Shown: piece by piece, positions 43,320-53,179 of the stretch | Position numbering within the stretch: position 1 is the first letter of the stretch | Layout: each line of letters begins with the position of its first letter | Assembly: GCA_963814585.1 (NCBI GenBank) | Contig: CAWFDF010000003.1 | Location: 484,920-548,919 of the forward strand | Reading direction: 5' to 3' | DNA from: an uncultured delta proteobacterium | GTDB taxonomy: Bacteria > Myxococcota > Myxococcia > Myxococcales > Anaeromyxobacteraceae | Length of the DNA: 64,000 nucleotides | Program-made: the position numbers and the translations under genes | The notes under the pieces: model-generated | What the model saw: the letters and a program-made list of their open reading frames with translations, nothing else | Database searches by the model: none | Told to the model about the DNA's origin: nothing

Positions 43320-44429
43320 TCAGCGGGCCGCGACCGGCGGTGGCGCAATCAGGTGGTCACGGTAGGCGGCGGGATCGCCCGCGGCGCCCTGCATGGCCGC
43401 CATGGCGATGTTGAACAGCTCGCGGGCGGTGACGTAGTGGAGCGCCCAGCGCTGCCCATCGTTGTAGCGGGCGGCCAGGTCGGCGTGGAAGGCCCGCCCC
43501 TCCGGCCCGAGCAGCGACGTGGCGTTCCGCTCGAGCGCCCCGTGGGCGTGGACCTTGACGAAGACCCACTCCGGCCGGCCCTGCACGTGGACGTCCTGCT
43601 TGACCCAGGTGTCGAGGCGCGCCGGCGTCGGCGGGTCGCCGGCCTGCAACGCCGAGGATTCGATTCGCAGCTCCAGGCTGCCGGGTCGCCGCGCCAGGGC
43701 GAGAGGACCCTCGACCATGAGGAGCCTGTCGTCGAAGACCTGGCCGACCCGGGCGCGGGTGCCCTGGTGGTGGGCGCGCCGGCGGGCGAGCTCGCCGGTC
43801 GGCCAGTAGATCCGGTTGACGATGCCCGGCTGGGACTCGTCGGGCGCCGATGGGAAGGTGAAGTCGGCGTAGCAGCCGGCCTCGAACAGGACCGTCAACT
43901 CCTCGTCCACGCCGCACCAGCGGCCGTCCCGGCGCGAGTTGGCCAGGCTCCAGTTTCCGTGGATGAACGCCCAGCGCGGCCGGCCGGCCGCGTCCCTGGA
44001 GATCAGTCCGTGCCCCATCAGGGCGGCCAGCGCCCGGTCCAGGCTCTGCCGGAGCGTGGCGGCGGTGTCCCCGTCGTGGTGCAGGTGGACCTCCACCTCG
44101 CCCATCCCGGCCCCGACCAGTGCCGCCAGCGGCTCGACGAGCCCGGGCGCGTACTGCTCGCCCGGGAAGAACCAGCTGTGCCTCGGCGGTCGCCCGTCGG
44201 CGTCCCTGAACCCGCCCAGCGCGGGCGCGTACCGCTCGGACCAGGTCAGGACGCGCTCCCGGCCCCGGGACGACCCCGCGCCGCCCACCATCGGCTCGAA
44301 GTGGTCGCACACCGCGAAGATCAGGTGCCGCTGCCCCTCCGTCCGTGGCGCCAGCGCGCGCCCGACGGCGTCGGCGACGTAGGACCCGATCCAGGTGTGG
44401 AGGTTCTTCGACAGGAGGCGGGCGAACAC
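43320..44429 (-). CDS. Conserved hypothetical protein of polysaccharide loci (possible metal-dependent deacetylase-like fold)
   Basis: 369 aa; DHFEP, EVHLHH, FIHGNW, YADFTFPS, KVHAHG motifs. Function not recognised. Confidence 0.65.
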   Translation of the reverse strand: MFARLLSKNLHTWIGSYVADAVGRALAPRTEGQRHLIFAVCDHFEPMVGGAGSSRGRERVLTWSERYAPALGGFRDADGRPPRHSWFFPGEQYAPGLVEPLAALVGAGMGEVEVHLHHDGDTAATLRQSLDRALAALMGHGLISRDAAGRPRWAFIHGNWSLANSRRDGRWCGVDEELTVLFEAGCYADFTFPSAPDESQPGIVNRIYWPTGELARRRAHHQGTRARVGQVFDDRLLMVEGPLALARRPGSLELRIESSALQAGDPPTPARLDTWVKQDVHVQGRPEWVFVKVHAHGALERNATSLLGPEGRAFHADLAARYNDGQRWALHYVTARELFNIAMAAMQGAAGDPAAYRDHLIAPPPVAAR

Positions 44430-44448
44430 GAGAAGACCCTAGCAGACG

Positions 44449-45051
44449 TCAGGTGCCGGTCAGCAGGACGCCGAGGCCGCGGCCACCTGGGCACTGGCCG
44501 AGCCAGCGGCGGACCTGGCCGTGGGTGGTGCGGCCGCTTCGCGCGACCAGCAGCGCGCCATCGAGGAGCGCCATCGCGGTGGCCAGCTCGCCGAGGCGGT
44601 CGAACCCGGTGAGGTCGACGACGAGATGCTCGAAGGTCCCGGGCACCAGGGACACGCCGCCTCGCAGCGGCGCCAGCGCCGAGCCGGGATGGAAGGCGCG
44701 GGGGCCGAGGAGGGCCAGTCCATCGCGGAGCCAGCTGGTGGCCAGGGGCGAGCCGTCGGAGGAGGCGGCGTGGAGGTCCCCGGCGCCGGGCCAGTCCCCG
44801 GCCGCGTCGACCAGTCCGATGGATCGCCCGCTCACCCGCGCCAGCGCGTCGCCGATCAGGACGGCGATGGCCGGGACGGCCACCTCGTCGTCCGCTGGCA
44901 CCAGACCGACCGACGGCACGCCGCGCTCGCGCAGCAGGCGAGCCACCCTGGCGGCTTCCATCCTCCCTGGCGCCGCGTCCCTCCCCTCCTCGAGGAGGAG
45001 CCCGGCCGCGCGGAGCGCCTCCAGGGCGCGAGCCGAGGAGGTCGGAGCCAC
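44449..45051 (-). CDS. Degenerate BY-kinase/ParA-like protein
   Basis: Same strand order as the adjacent kinase (HLVVDL, DGALLVARSGRT, LGVLL) but no Walker A GK. Confidence 0.55.
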   Translation of the reverse strand: MAPTSSARALEALRAAGLLLEEGRDAAPGRMEAARVARLLRERGVPSVGLVPADDEVAVPAIAVLIGDALARVSGRSIGLVDAAGDWPGAGDLHAASSDGSPLATSWLRDGLALLGPRAFHPGSALAPLRGGVSLVPGTFEHLVVDLTGFDRLGELATAMALLDGALLVARSGRTTHGQVRRWLGQCPGGRGLGVLLTGT

Positions 45052-45054
45052 CTC

Positions 45055-47288
45055 CTAGGTCCCCAGCAGCACGAAGCCCAGCAGGCCCTTCTCGCCGATC
45101 TGCTCGACGCCGCGCCGCACCGGGCGCACCCGCGAGCGGCCAGCCCGCAGCGCCACCACGTAGCCCTCGACCCCCTCCACGATGACGTTGACGTCCGAGC
45201 CGTCCAGGATGGCCGGGCTGTCGACCACCACGTAGTCGTACCCCGCGGCGCGGAGCTCGGCCAGGCACCGCTCCAGCACCGGGCCGTCGAGCAAGGGGCG
45301 CGCCACGATGTCCGGAGCCACCGCTGCCGTGTGCAGCCAGGGGCTGAGGTTCTCGACCACCAACCAGGGCGGCTTGACCGCGTGGAGGCGCCTCTCGAAC
45401 TGCCGGCTGACGCAGGCCGGGGGCTGGAAGCCGAGCAACCGGGCCAGGGAGGGATGGCGGAGGTTGGCCTCCAGGAGGAGGACGCGCGACCGGCCGGACT
45501 CGCCAAGCGCCAGGGCGAGGTTGGCGGCGCAGAGGGACTTCCCCTCTCCCGCCTCCGGGCTCGTGACCAGGATGGTGCGGACGTCACCCCGCTCCTTGAG
45601 CCGGTGGCGCAGGACCCGGAAGGCGGCCGACGCGGCCGAGTCCGGGGTCACCTTCATGACGAGCCGGGGGTCGACGGGTCCGGTCGGGACGAGGCGGAGG
45701 ACCCGTCCACCCGAGGCGGACTCCTGCGCCTCGACCGGGGCGGCCTCCGGCGGCTTCGGCGGTGTCCGGCCCACCCGGTCCGGCCCTTCGTCGAGCACCG
45801 CGCCCATCCCCGGGATCTCGGCGAGGATGGGCGCGAGACCGAGCCGCTCGACGTCGGCGCGGTCGAGGATTCGGTCGTCGATCAGGGCGGCCAGCAGCGC
45901 CGCCCCGACGCCGGCGAGGCCGGCCACCAGGAGCGCCAGCCCCAGGAGCCGGCTCCGGGCGGGGCCGACCGGGGCGGCCGGGAGGTAGGCCGGATCGATG
46001 ACCACGATCTGGGCGGCCTGGCCAGCCGCCGTCATGTTGGCCGTCATGGTGGCCAGGAACTGCCGTGCCTCGAGCTCGCGGTAGCGCTCACGGGCCTCGG
46101 CCACCTCGCGGCTCAGTCGAGCCCACTCCGCCTCCTGGGCCACGACCTGCTGGACGGTCCCGCTGGTGGGGGGGGAGCCGCCACGTAGCCACGGCCACGG
46201 GACTGTCTCCACCGGTACGAGGCCATCTCCCGCTGGACCTCGGCGAGCCGCTCCCGCAAGACATTGGGCTCGGCCGCGTCGACCGCCGCGGCGGCGCGCC
46301 GGTACGCCTCCCTGGTCGCCTTGACCTTGGCCTCGGCCACCAGGACGTCGGGATGCCGCTCGGTGAAGGCGGCGCGCCGCTCCACCAGCTCGCTCTGCGC
46401 CACCCTCAGGTTCGCCTCGGCCTCGTCCCGGGCCGCGACCAGGGCCGGGTCCTGGGGCGCCCGTGGAACCGATGCGGGCGAGGCGAGCTGCCGCCGGAGC
46501 CGCCCCTCCTCGCGCGCCAGGGCCGCCAGGCCCGGGTCCTCCAGCTCCGGGACCCGCAGCTCGCCTTCCAGTGGCCTCCACGCCTGAGAGCGCGCCGCTC
46601 CGGTTCGCGCGGCCTCGTCGTGGGCGAACTCGGGGTGCGCACCCAGGAAGCGGAGCTGCGCGGCCTCCCGCTCGATCACCTTGGCCTCGCTCCGCTTCCG
46701 TTCGGTCTCGAGGAAGGACCTGGCGGTCTCGGCCTGCTCCGAGCGCAGGCGCTGGTTCTCGGCGGCCATCACCTCCGTCAGCCGCGAGGTCACCCGCTGC
46801 GCCTCGGCGGCCGACGCCCCGGTGAAGGAGATGACGAACACGTCGCCGTCGGCCACCCTGAACCCGGTCGCCAGCCGCATCTCCTCGACCGCCTCGGCCA
46901 TCCTGCCCGCCTGGACCAGCTCGGGGTAGAGCCCCAGCTCCTCCACGAGCCTGGTCAGCAGCCCGCGCGCCAGCAGCACGTCCTTGAGCCGCTGGCCGAC
47001 TCTCCGTCCGCTGCCCCCCTCGCCGGTCGTCCACTGCATCCCTTCCTGGTAGTAGACGACCGCCTCCGACCGGTACGCCTTGGGCCAGACCGCGTAGCCC
47101 GCCACCGCCAGGGCCAGCACGACCACCGAGGTCAGCGCGGCGACCCGCCAGCGTCGGACGGAACGCCAGGCCAGTCGGTAGACCGGCGCCAGCTCCTCGG
47201 TCCCGATCAGCGGCGGGCTGGTGCGCGCGTCCATGCGGCGAATCATGCGCGCTCGTCCCGGGGCAGGCAATTCCTCGCGATCGCTCAC
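45055..47288 (-). CDS. Wzc-like polysaccharide co-polymerase/tyrosine kinase, apparent frameshift at ~46150-46220
   Basis: N-part (ORF 46113..47288): TM, coiled coil, FTERHPDV. C-part: VIDPA, TM, AFRVLR, TSPEAGEGKS (Walker A), VVVDSP (Walker B). Confidence 0.82.
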
Positions 47289-48367
47289 GGGCGCCCTTCC
47301 TTCGGTCCCCGGGCCATGTCGCGGCGGCGCCTGGAGCCGGCCTCGTCACCCGCGAACCGCGGGAAGTCACCGACCAGGTCCAGGCCATGCTCGGCCAGGT
47401 CCCCGGCCTCGTAGAGGCGGTCGTCGAAGGCGCCCACCAGCGGCGACACCAGCAGCAGCGCGACCAGGAAGGCCACGACGGCCTGGAGCGAGAGCGCGAG
47501 GGTGGTGAGCGGCGGGCCGAGCAGGACCAGCCGCTCGTCGACGAGCTGGAGCCTCAGGCCGAGCTGCTCCTCCTCGGCGGCGGCGCTGAAGTCGACCGCC
47601 TCCAGGCGCCGCTCCAGCTGGAGGACCTGGTCGATGGCGCTCCTCGCCGCGGCCTCCTGCTCGGCGATGCGCCTCTCGATCCCGGCCGGGTCGGGGCCCC
47701 GGGCCCGCATCGCCTCCCTCGACAGCCGCTCCAGCGCCTCCTGGACCGCCTTGGCGCGTGCGCGGGCCCCCGAGAGTTCGCGGGCCACCAGGTCGCGTGC
47801 CTCGGCCAGGCGGACGCTGCGCTGCGCGGCCTGGCCCTCCAGGACGACCTGGCCGATCTCGTGCAGCATGGCGCCCGTCTGCCCGGGGTCGGCGCCCGTC
47901 AGCGCGATCGTCACCTGCGCCGTTCGAGGCTCTTCCCGTCGCCCCCGCTCGAAGAGGAAGTAGTTGCGGCCGACCTCGACGGAGATCTCCTCCCGAAAGG
48001 CGTCGACGGCGGCGACCGGATCCCGCGCCAGCCACTCCGCCATCCAGCCGTGGTTGGTCATGACCTGCTTGAGCTGGTGCCGGGAGAGCGCCACGTTCGA
48101 GATGTAGGTGCGGACGTCTCGCGGCGGCCTCGGCGCCACCCTCGGGTCCGGCAGGTCTCCCTCCGTGAGGCGGAAGGAGAGGGTCGCCTCGTACCTGGGC
48201 GGCAGGAGCACCTGGAGGGCGACGACGGCGCCGGTCGCCAGCAACGCCCAGGCCAGCACGCGGAAGGGCCGGCGCCGGGCGCGGACCAGGGCCCTGCGGG
48301 CCGCCCTCACCAGGCGCCACTCCTCGGAGATCCAGCGGTCCCGGGGAGCGCCTGCCGGGCCGCTCAT
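47285..48367 (-). CDS. Wzz-like polysaccharide co-polymerase
   Basis: TM - periplasmic coiled coil - TM layout; ends FDDRLYEAGDL, like the adjacent Wzc segment. Confidence 0.7.
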   Translation of the reverse strand: MSGPAGAPRDRWISEEWRLVRAARRALVRARRRPFRVLAWALLATGAVVALQVLLPPRYEATLSFRLTEGDLPDPRVAPRPPRDVRTYISNVALSRHQLKQVMTNHGWMAEWLARDPVAAVDAFREEISVEVGRNYFLFERGRREEPRTAQVTIALTGADPGQTGAMLHEIGQVVLEGQAAQRSVRLAEARDLVARELSGARARAKAVQEALERLSREAMRARGPDPAGIERRIAEQEAAARSAIDQVLQLERRLEAVDFSAAAEEEQLGLRLQLVDERLVLLGPPLTTLALSLQAVVAFLVALLLVSPLVGAFDDRLYEAGDLAEHGLDLVGDFPRFAGDEAGSRRRRDMARGPKEGRP

Positions 48368-49602
48368 GCCAGCGCCTCCCGCAGCGCCCGCTCCAGCAGT
48401 CGAGCGCTCTCGCCCCAGCCGTGGCGGGCCCCGGCGCGCGCCACGGTGACCGGGTCGTAGACGGCGTCGGCGGCCCGGGCCAGCGCCTCGGCTAGGAGAT
48501 CGGGACGCCGGGGTGGGACCAGCTCGCCCAGCTCAGGGCCGGTGACCACGTCGGGCGTCCCACCGACCGCCGTCGCCACGACTCGACGGCCGCAGGCCAG
48601 CGCCTCGAGGACCACGTTGGGCGTCCCCTCGGCCCAGCTGGGCAGGACCAGCGCGTCGCACGCCGCCAGCCATCCCGCCACCTCTTCCAGGGGCCGGGGC
48701 CCGGCCACCAGGATCCGATCGCCGGGCCAGGCTGCCGCGGCCTGCTGGCACGCCCCGCGCGCGCTCCCGTCGCCGACGAGCACCAGCCGGAGATCCCCTC
48801 GGCGGCGCGCCAGCGCGGCGAAGGCCTGCAGCAGGTCGAGGACGCCCTTGGCTTCCTCGAGCCTTCCCACATAGAGGAGCCAGCGCTGCGGGTCTCCGGG
48901 GTGGCCCAGCTCGGCCCTGGCAGCGGCGCGATCGCGGGGCTGGAACAGGCGCTCGTCGACGCCGTTGGGCAGGACGTCGATGCGCGGCCGCGGCACGCCG
49001 AAGGCGGCCACCGCATCGGCCAGTGGCCGCGAGACCGCCACCACCCGCCTGGCTCGCGGCAGCGCCCAGCGCAGGTTGAGCGCGACCGCCGGCAGCTTCG
49101 CGAGCACGTTCATGTCCGAGCCGTGCACCTTGATGACCGCAGGCACGCCCAGCAGCCAGGCCAGCGCCACGCCAGCCACTCCGTCCGGGAACGCCCAGGA
49201 GGCGAGGAGCACGTCATGCCGGCCCCGCCGCCGCAGCACCTCGCGGGCCAGCGAGGCGGCGTAGAGCGCGCCGCCCAGCACCCGGCCGAAGCGCGGCAGG
49301 TAGAGGTACCGTGGGTGCGAGACCTCGAGGCCGTCGATGCGCTCCCGCCCAGGCACCCTGCCCGGGCCGCCCGCCGCCGACCATCGGGCCCACAGGCCCG
49401 CCCCCGGGAACCAGGGGATCGTCGCCAGCACCTCCACGTCGCACCGCTTCCCCAGCGCGCCGAACTGCTGGCGGTTGAAGGCCGACGCGAACGGGTGCGC
49501 CGCGCTGGGGAACTCCCGCGTGACGATGAGCACCCGCAGCCGGCGGGACTCCGCCCCGGGCGACTCCCCCGGCGCCTCCACCGTCCCCTTCAGGAACCCC
49601 AT
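48364..49602 (-). CDS. Glycosyltransferase family 4 (TuaC-like)
   Basis: ATG 49602; VHGSD, PNGVD, VGRLEEAKG, PSWAEGTPNVVLEA motifs. Confidence 0.92.
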   Translation of the reverse strand: MGFLKGTVEAPGESPGAESRRLRVLIVTREFPSAAHPFASAFNRQQFGALGKRCDVEVLATIPWFPGAGLWARWSAAGGPGRVPGRERIDGLEVSHPRYLYLPRFGRVLGGALYAASLAREVLRRRGRHDVLLASWAFPDGVAGVALAWLLGVPAVIKVHGSDMNVLAKLPAVALNLRWALPRARRVVAVSRPLADAVAAFGVPRPRIDVLPNGVDERLFQPRDRAAARAELGHPGDPQRWLLYVGRLEEAKGVLDLLQAFAALARRRGDLRLVLVGDGSARGACQQAAAAWPGDRILVAGPRPLEEVAGWLAACDALVLPSWAEGTPNVVLEALACGRRVVATAVGGTPDVVTGPELGELVPPRRPDLLAEALARAADAVYDPVTVARAGARHGWGESARLLERALREALA

Positions 49603-49793
49603 GGCGCGAGCATCGTAGCAGGAAGCACGCGTGGCGGACCGCGACGCCTTGTCGCTCACGTCCAGGGACTCCACCGATCCGGCAGCGCGGAGGCACCCGC
49701 CGCCACTCCGTGGCAACGGGAGTGGGCCGGTACCGCTCTCTCGGTCGCCCACGCAGCCGCTCGCCAACGCCGGGAGGGCGTCGCTCCGCGGCC

Positions 49794-50843
49794 TCAGCCC
49801 CCCGCCACCGCAGACGACCTCTCCAGGTACGCCAGCCGCGGCACCACCATCTGGCCCAGCAGCATGGCGTCGGACATCCCCCGGTCCACCGAGAAGCGGC
49901 GCAGGTCGAACCGGTCCATCCCCTGGTTCATGGGGTTGGTGCCGGCGACGTTGGTGAAGCCGGCCTGGTAGCCGGCAGCCTCGATGGCGGCGCGAACGGC
50001 CGGCAGGTGCGCGACCCGCCGCCCCACCGGATAGGCGATGGCCCGGACCTTCCGGCCCACTTCGCGCTCCAGGTCCGCACGGGATCCGGCCAGCTCCTCC
50101 GCCAGCTCCGCCGGGGCCAGCGTCTCCAGCACGCGGTGGGTGCGGGAGTGCGACTCGACGTCCATGCCGGCGTCCCGGAGCGAGCGGACCTGGTCCCAGG
50201 TCATGATCAGCTCGTCGGCAAGCCGCCGCTCGATCCCGGCATCCCAGTCCACACCGGCCGCCACCGCGACCTGCGCCAGGAACCGCTCCAGCTCCAGACC
50301 GGAGGTGTTCTTGACGACGCGGGTCAGCGCCTCGGCGGCGCCCGGTGCGTCCAGGTCCAGCGCCAGCCGCACCGGGTAGGTCAGCTCGAGCCGGCGCGAC
50401 CGGGCGCGCGACACCAGCCAGGCGATCCGCTCCCACCAGTAGAGCCGGCGCTCCTCGACGTAGGCGGTGGCCACGAAGAAGACGGCCCGCAGCCCGACCT
50501 GGCGCAGCAAGGGGACGGCCACCTCCAGGCAGGATCGGTAGCCGTCATCGAAGGTGACGAGCGCCGGGTTGGGCGGGAGCGGCGCGCCGTCCAGCGCCCG
50601 GCACAGCTCCTCCACGCCGATCACGTTGAAGCGGCGGGCCACGGCCTCCAGGCGGCGGCGGAACTCGGCCGGGGTGGCGTCCGCGACCGCCGGGTCGAAG
50701 GGGTAGCCGGGCGGCGGCTCCAGCACGTGGTGGTGCGTGAAGACCGAGATCCGGGGCGACCCCATCCGGGACGAGAGCCACAGCGTGGCGTCGAGCGCAC
50801 CCGTATGCAGCAGGAAGCGAGCAGCGCCTTCGCGGATCCCCAT
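49794..50843 (-). CDS. Polysaccharide deacetylase
   Basis: ATG 50843; VTFDDGY, ESHSRTH, IAYPVG motifs. Confidence 0.9.
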   Translation of the reverse strand: MGIREGAARFLLHTGALDATLWLSSRMGSPRISVFTHHHVLEPPPGYPFDPAVADATPAEFRRRLEAVARRFNVIGVEELCRALDGAPLPPNPALVTFDDGYRSCLEVAVPLLRQVGLRAVFFVATAYVEERRLYWWERIAWLVSRARSRRLELTYPVRLALDLDAPGAAEALTRVVKNTSGLELERFLAQVAVAAGVDWDAGIERRLADELIMTWDQVRSLRDAGMDVESHSRTHRVLETLAPAELAEELAGSRADLEREVGRKVRAIAYPVGRRVAHLPAVRAAIEAAGYQAGFTNVAGTNPMNQGMDRFDLRRFSVDRGMSDAMLLGQMVVPRLAYLERSSAVAGG

Positions 50844-51120
50844 TGACTCAGGATACCAGCAAGCCCCTTCCCGCGAAGATCCTGGCCGGGAGTGACTGGA
50901 GGCCGGACGGGCCCCTGGGGAGGCCGGCCGCGCTCCCCCCGCGGGCGGGGGTTGCGGCCGGCGACGGTGCCGTCCTAGACACGGGTCGCATCCGGCCAGG
51001 TGCGAGGAGGAGGCGGGCCTGCGGCACGAGCGAGGCTCCTTCACGGCCCCCGCCCACGCGTGCGCCGTCCTCCAGGGGAGCCGCCTCCGGGAGCCAGCGA
51101 CCTGCCGGAGGAGAGAGCAC

Positions 51121-52902
51121 ATGGCTTCATTCGACTTCGGCACCCGCGTCCGCGCCGTGCTCCTGGCAGGAGCGCTCTCGGCCTGCGTCGACACGGTGAG
51201 CGCCCCCTCGCCGGGAAGCCAGGCCGTCTCGGTGAGCGTGGACCCGGCCGCCGCCTCCCTGGCGGTCGCCGCCAGCATGCAGTTCACCGCCAGGGTGACG
51301 GGCGGCACGAGCGGTGCCGTGACCTGGTCCGTGGAGCCGGCCGGCTGCGGCACGGTGACACCTGGCGGGCTCTACACCGCCCCCGCCACGGCGGGGGCCT
51401 GCCGCGTGCGCGCCACCAGCAGCGAGGACACGAGGCAGAGCGCCGCCGCCATCGTCACCGTGACCGATGGCACGGGCCCACCCCTGATCCCCATCGACCC
51501 GACCTTCCAGGCCCGGCTCGTGCCGCAGGCCGGCGTCACCGGCGTCCAGCGGGTCAACTTCGCGCTCCCCATCCCCGCCGGCCTGCTGCACGAGCCGACG
51601 CGGATCCGGCTCGCCCCGCCGGGTGGCTCCGAGCTGGCGAGCGCTCGCCGGGCGCTCGCGACCTGGCCAGATGGCTCGCTCCGGTCGGTCCAGCTCCAGG
51701 TCGAGGTGGACGTGACCGCCACCACGGCGCTGGACGTGGAGGTCGATGCGCCCACCGCGTCTGGCGCCCTCACCCTCGTGGACGTCGCCGGGACCCTGGC
51801 CGCCGCCGACGGCACCGCTGGCCCGCGCGTCTGGGTGCTCCTCCCGTCCGGGTGGCTGGCCTCCAGCCAGGTGGCCGGCCCGATCGTGCCGGCCGCCGTC
51901 ATCGCCGGCACGCCGCTGGACGCCTGGTCGTCCCTGTGCGACTACGCCGTCTTCGACGCCGACGCCTTCCTGGCCGTCGCCGACACTGCGGGCTCCTGGC
52001 TCTACGATCGACCGACCGCGCTGTACCTCGGGTACGCCATCACCGGCGACCTCGGGCCTCTCCAGTCCGCCTACCGCGAGGCGGCCATCTACCGGGCGGG
52101 CCTCACCGGGACCGACGAGAACACGCGCATCTCGGTCCCGGGAGCGGCCAGCGACCTGAAGTACCACTACGCGCAGGGCATGGCGATCCACTACCTGCTG
52201 ACCGGGGACGACCGCTTCCGGGAGGGCGCCGAGAACGTCGCCGTCCGGGCCCACGCCCTGTGGAGCGACCCGGGGTATGCCGGCGGGGCCGACTTCTGGA
52301 CGGAGCGCCACGCAGGGTTCGCCCTCCTGGCCTACGAGTGGGCCGCCGCCGTCAGCGACGACCGAGCCGCCACCTTCGCCGCCTGGTCCGATCAGGCGGT
52401 CGCCGCCTACCTGCCCTTGCAGGACGTCGCCACCTCCGCCTGGGAGGTGGACGCGCGGTGCTTCGCCCACAGCGCGGAGGCCCACGGCGAGGCCTTCGGG
52501 TATGTCGGCTGCAGCCCGTGGATGAGCGCCATCCTCGCCGATGGCCTCGAGGCCCACGCGCGCCGCGTCGGCGGTGCCGGCGCGGCGGCCGCGCGCTCCG
52601 GCCTGGTCCGGCTCGGCCGCATGCTGGCCCGGCATGGCCGCGACCTGGACGGCCGTCCCTACTACTGGATGGGCGCCGGCGTGGACGCCGCCGAGATCGA
52701 CCCGTACGAGGAGCACTGGGGGGAGTCGGCTTACGTCGTCGCCCTGGCCTGGCACTGGAGCGGCCGAACCGACGCCGAGCTCCGCACCGCCGCCCTGTCG
52801 CTCGTCGACGGCCTGGGCCGGCTCGGCGAGGCTGGCCAGCTGCGTAGCTTCAACTGGCAGTGCCGGTCGGCGGTGATGACGCCCTTCTACTTGCGGGAGT
52901 AG
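51121..52902 (+). CDS. Secreted lipoprotein: Ig-like domain + PcRGLX/YetA-like beta domain + alpha/alpha barrel (putative polysaccharide lyase/hydrolase)
   Basis: Lipobox LSAC; VTWSV...GLYTAP Ig-like repeat; NFALPIP...TWPDGSLRSV; aromatic-rich helical C-domain (HYLLTGDDRF, WTERH). Confidence 0.65.
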   Translation: MASFDFGTRVRAVLLAGALSACVDTVSAPSPGSQAVSVSVDPAAASLAVAASMQFTARVTGGTSGAVTWSVEPAGCGTVTPGGLYTAPATAGACRVRATSSEDTRQSAAAIVTVTDGTGPPLIPIDPTFQARLVPQAGVTGVQRVNFALPIPAGLLHEPTRIRLAPPGGSELASARRALATWPDGSLRSVQLQVEVDVTATTALDVEVDAPTASGALTLVDVAGTLAAADGTAGPRVWVLLPSGWLASSQVAGPIVPAAVIAGTPLDAWSSLCDYAVFDADAFLAVADTAGSWLYDRPTALYLGYAITGDLGPLQSAYREAAIYRAGLTGTDENTRISVPGAASDLKYHYAQGMAIHYLLTGDDRFREGAENVAVRAHALWSDPGYAGGADFWTERHAGFALLAYEWAAAVSDDRAATFAAWSDQAVAAYLPLQDVATSAWEVDARCFAHSAEAHGEAFGYVGCSPWMSAILADGLEAHARRVGGAGAAAARSGLVRLGRMLARHGRDLDGRPYYWMGAGVDAAEIDPYEEHWGESAYVVALAWHWSGRTDAELRTAALSLVDGLGRLGEAGQLRSFNWQCRSAVMTPFYLRE

Positions 52903-53024
52903 TCCCCGTCGCCAGGCCGTCCCTGCCGGGCCTGTGGGTGCCACACCTCGCGACGCCTACAGCGGCCTACCCGGGGGCGGATTCGGAGCGGTCCGCCCGG
53001 AACGGCCTAGCTCGTCTGGTCAGC

Positions 53025-53124
53025 TTGGGGCCCGCGGTGCGGAAGGGTAAAATGACTTCATCCTCGATCCCAAGAAGTGATCATCCCCGCTCCCGATTCG
53101 CCCCCGATGTGATCGGGACGGGGA
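53025..53124 (+). promoter_or_regulatory. Putative promoter and 5'UTR hairpin of the heparinase-like gene
   Basis: TTGGGG-N17-TAAAAT (53025-53053); stem TCCCCG-c-TCCCGAT...ATCGGGA-CGGGGA (53084-53124). Confidence 0.4.
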
Positions 53125-53179
53125 CCACGCGCCCTGGACCACGACGGTTCGACGGGCGCCTTTCCTGGAGGTAGACGTC

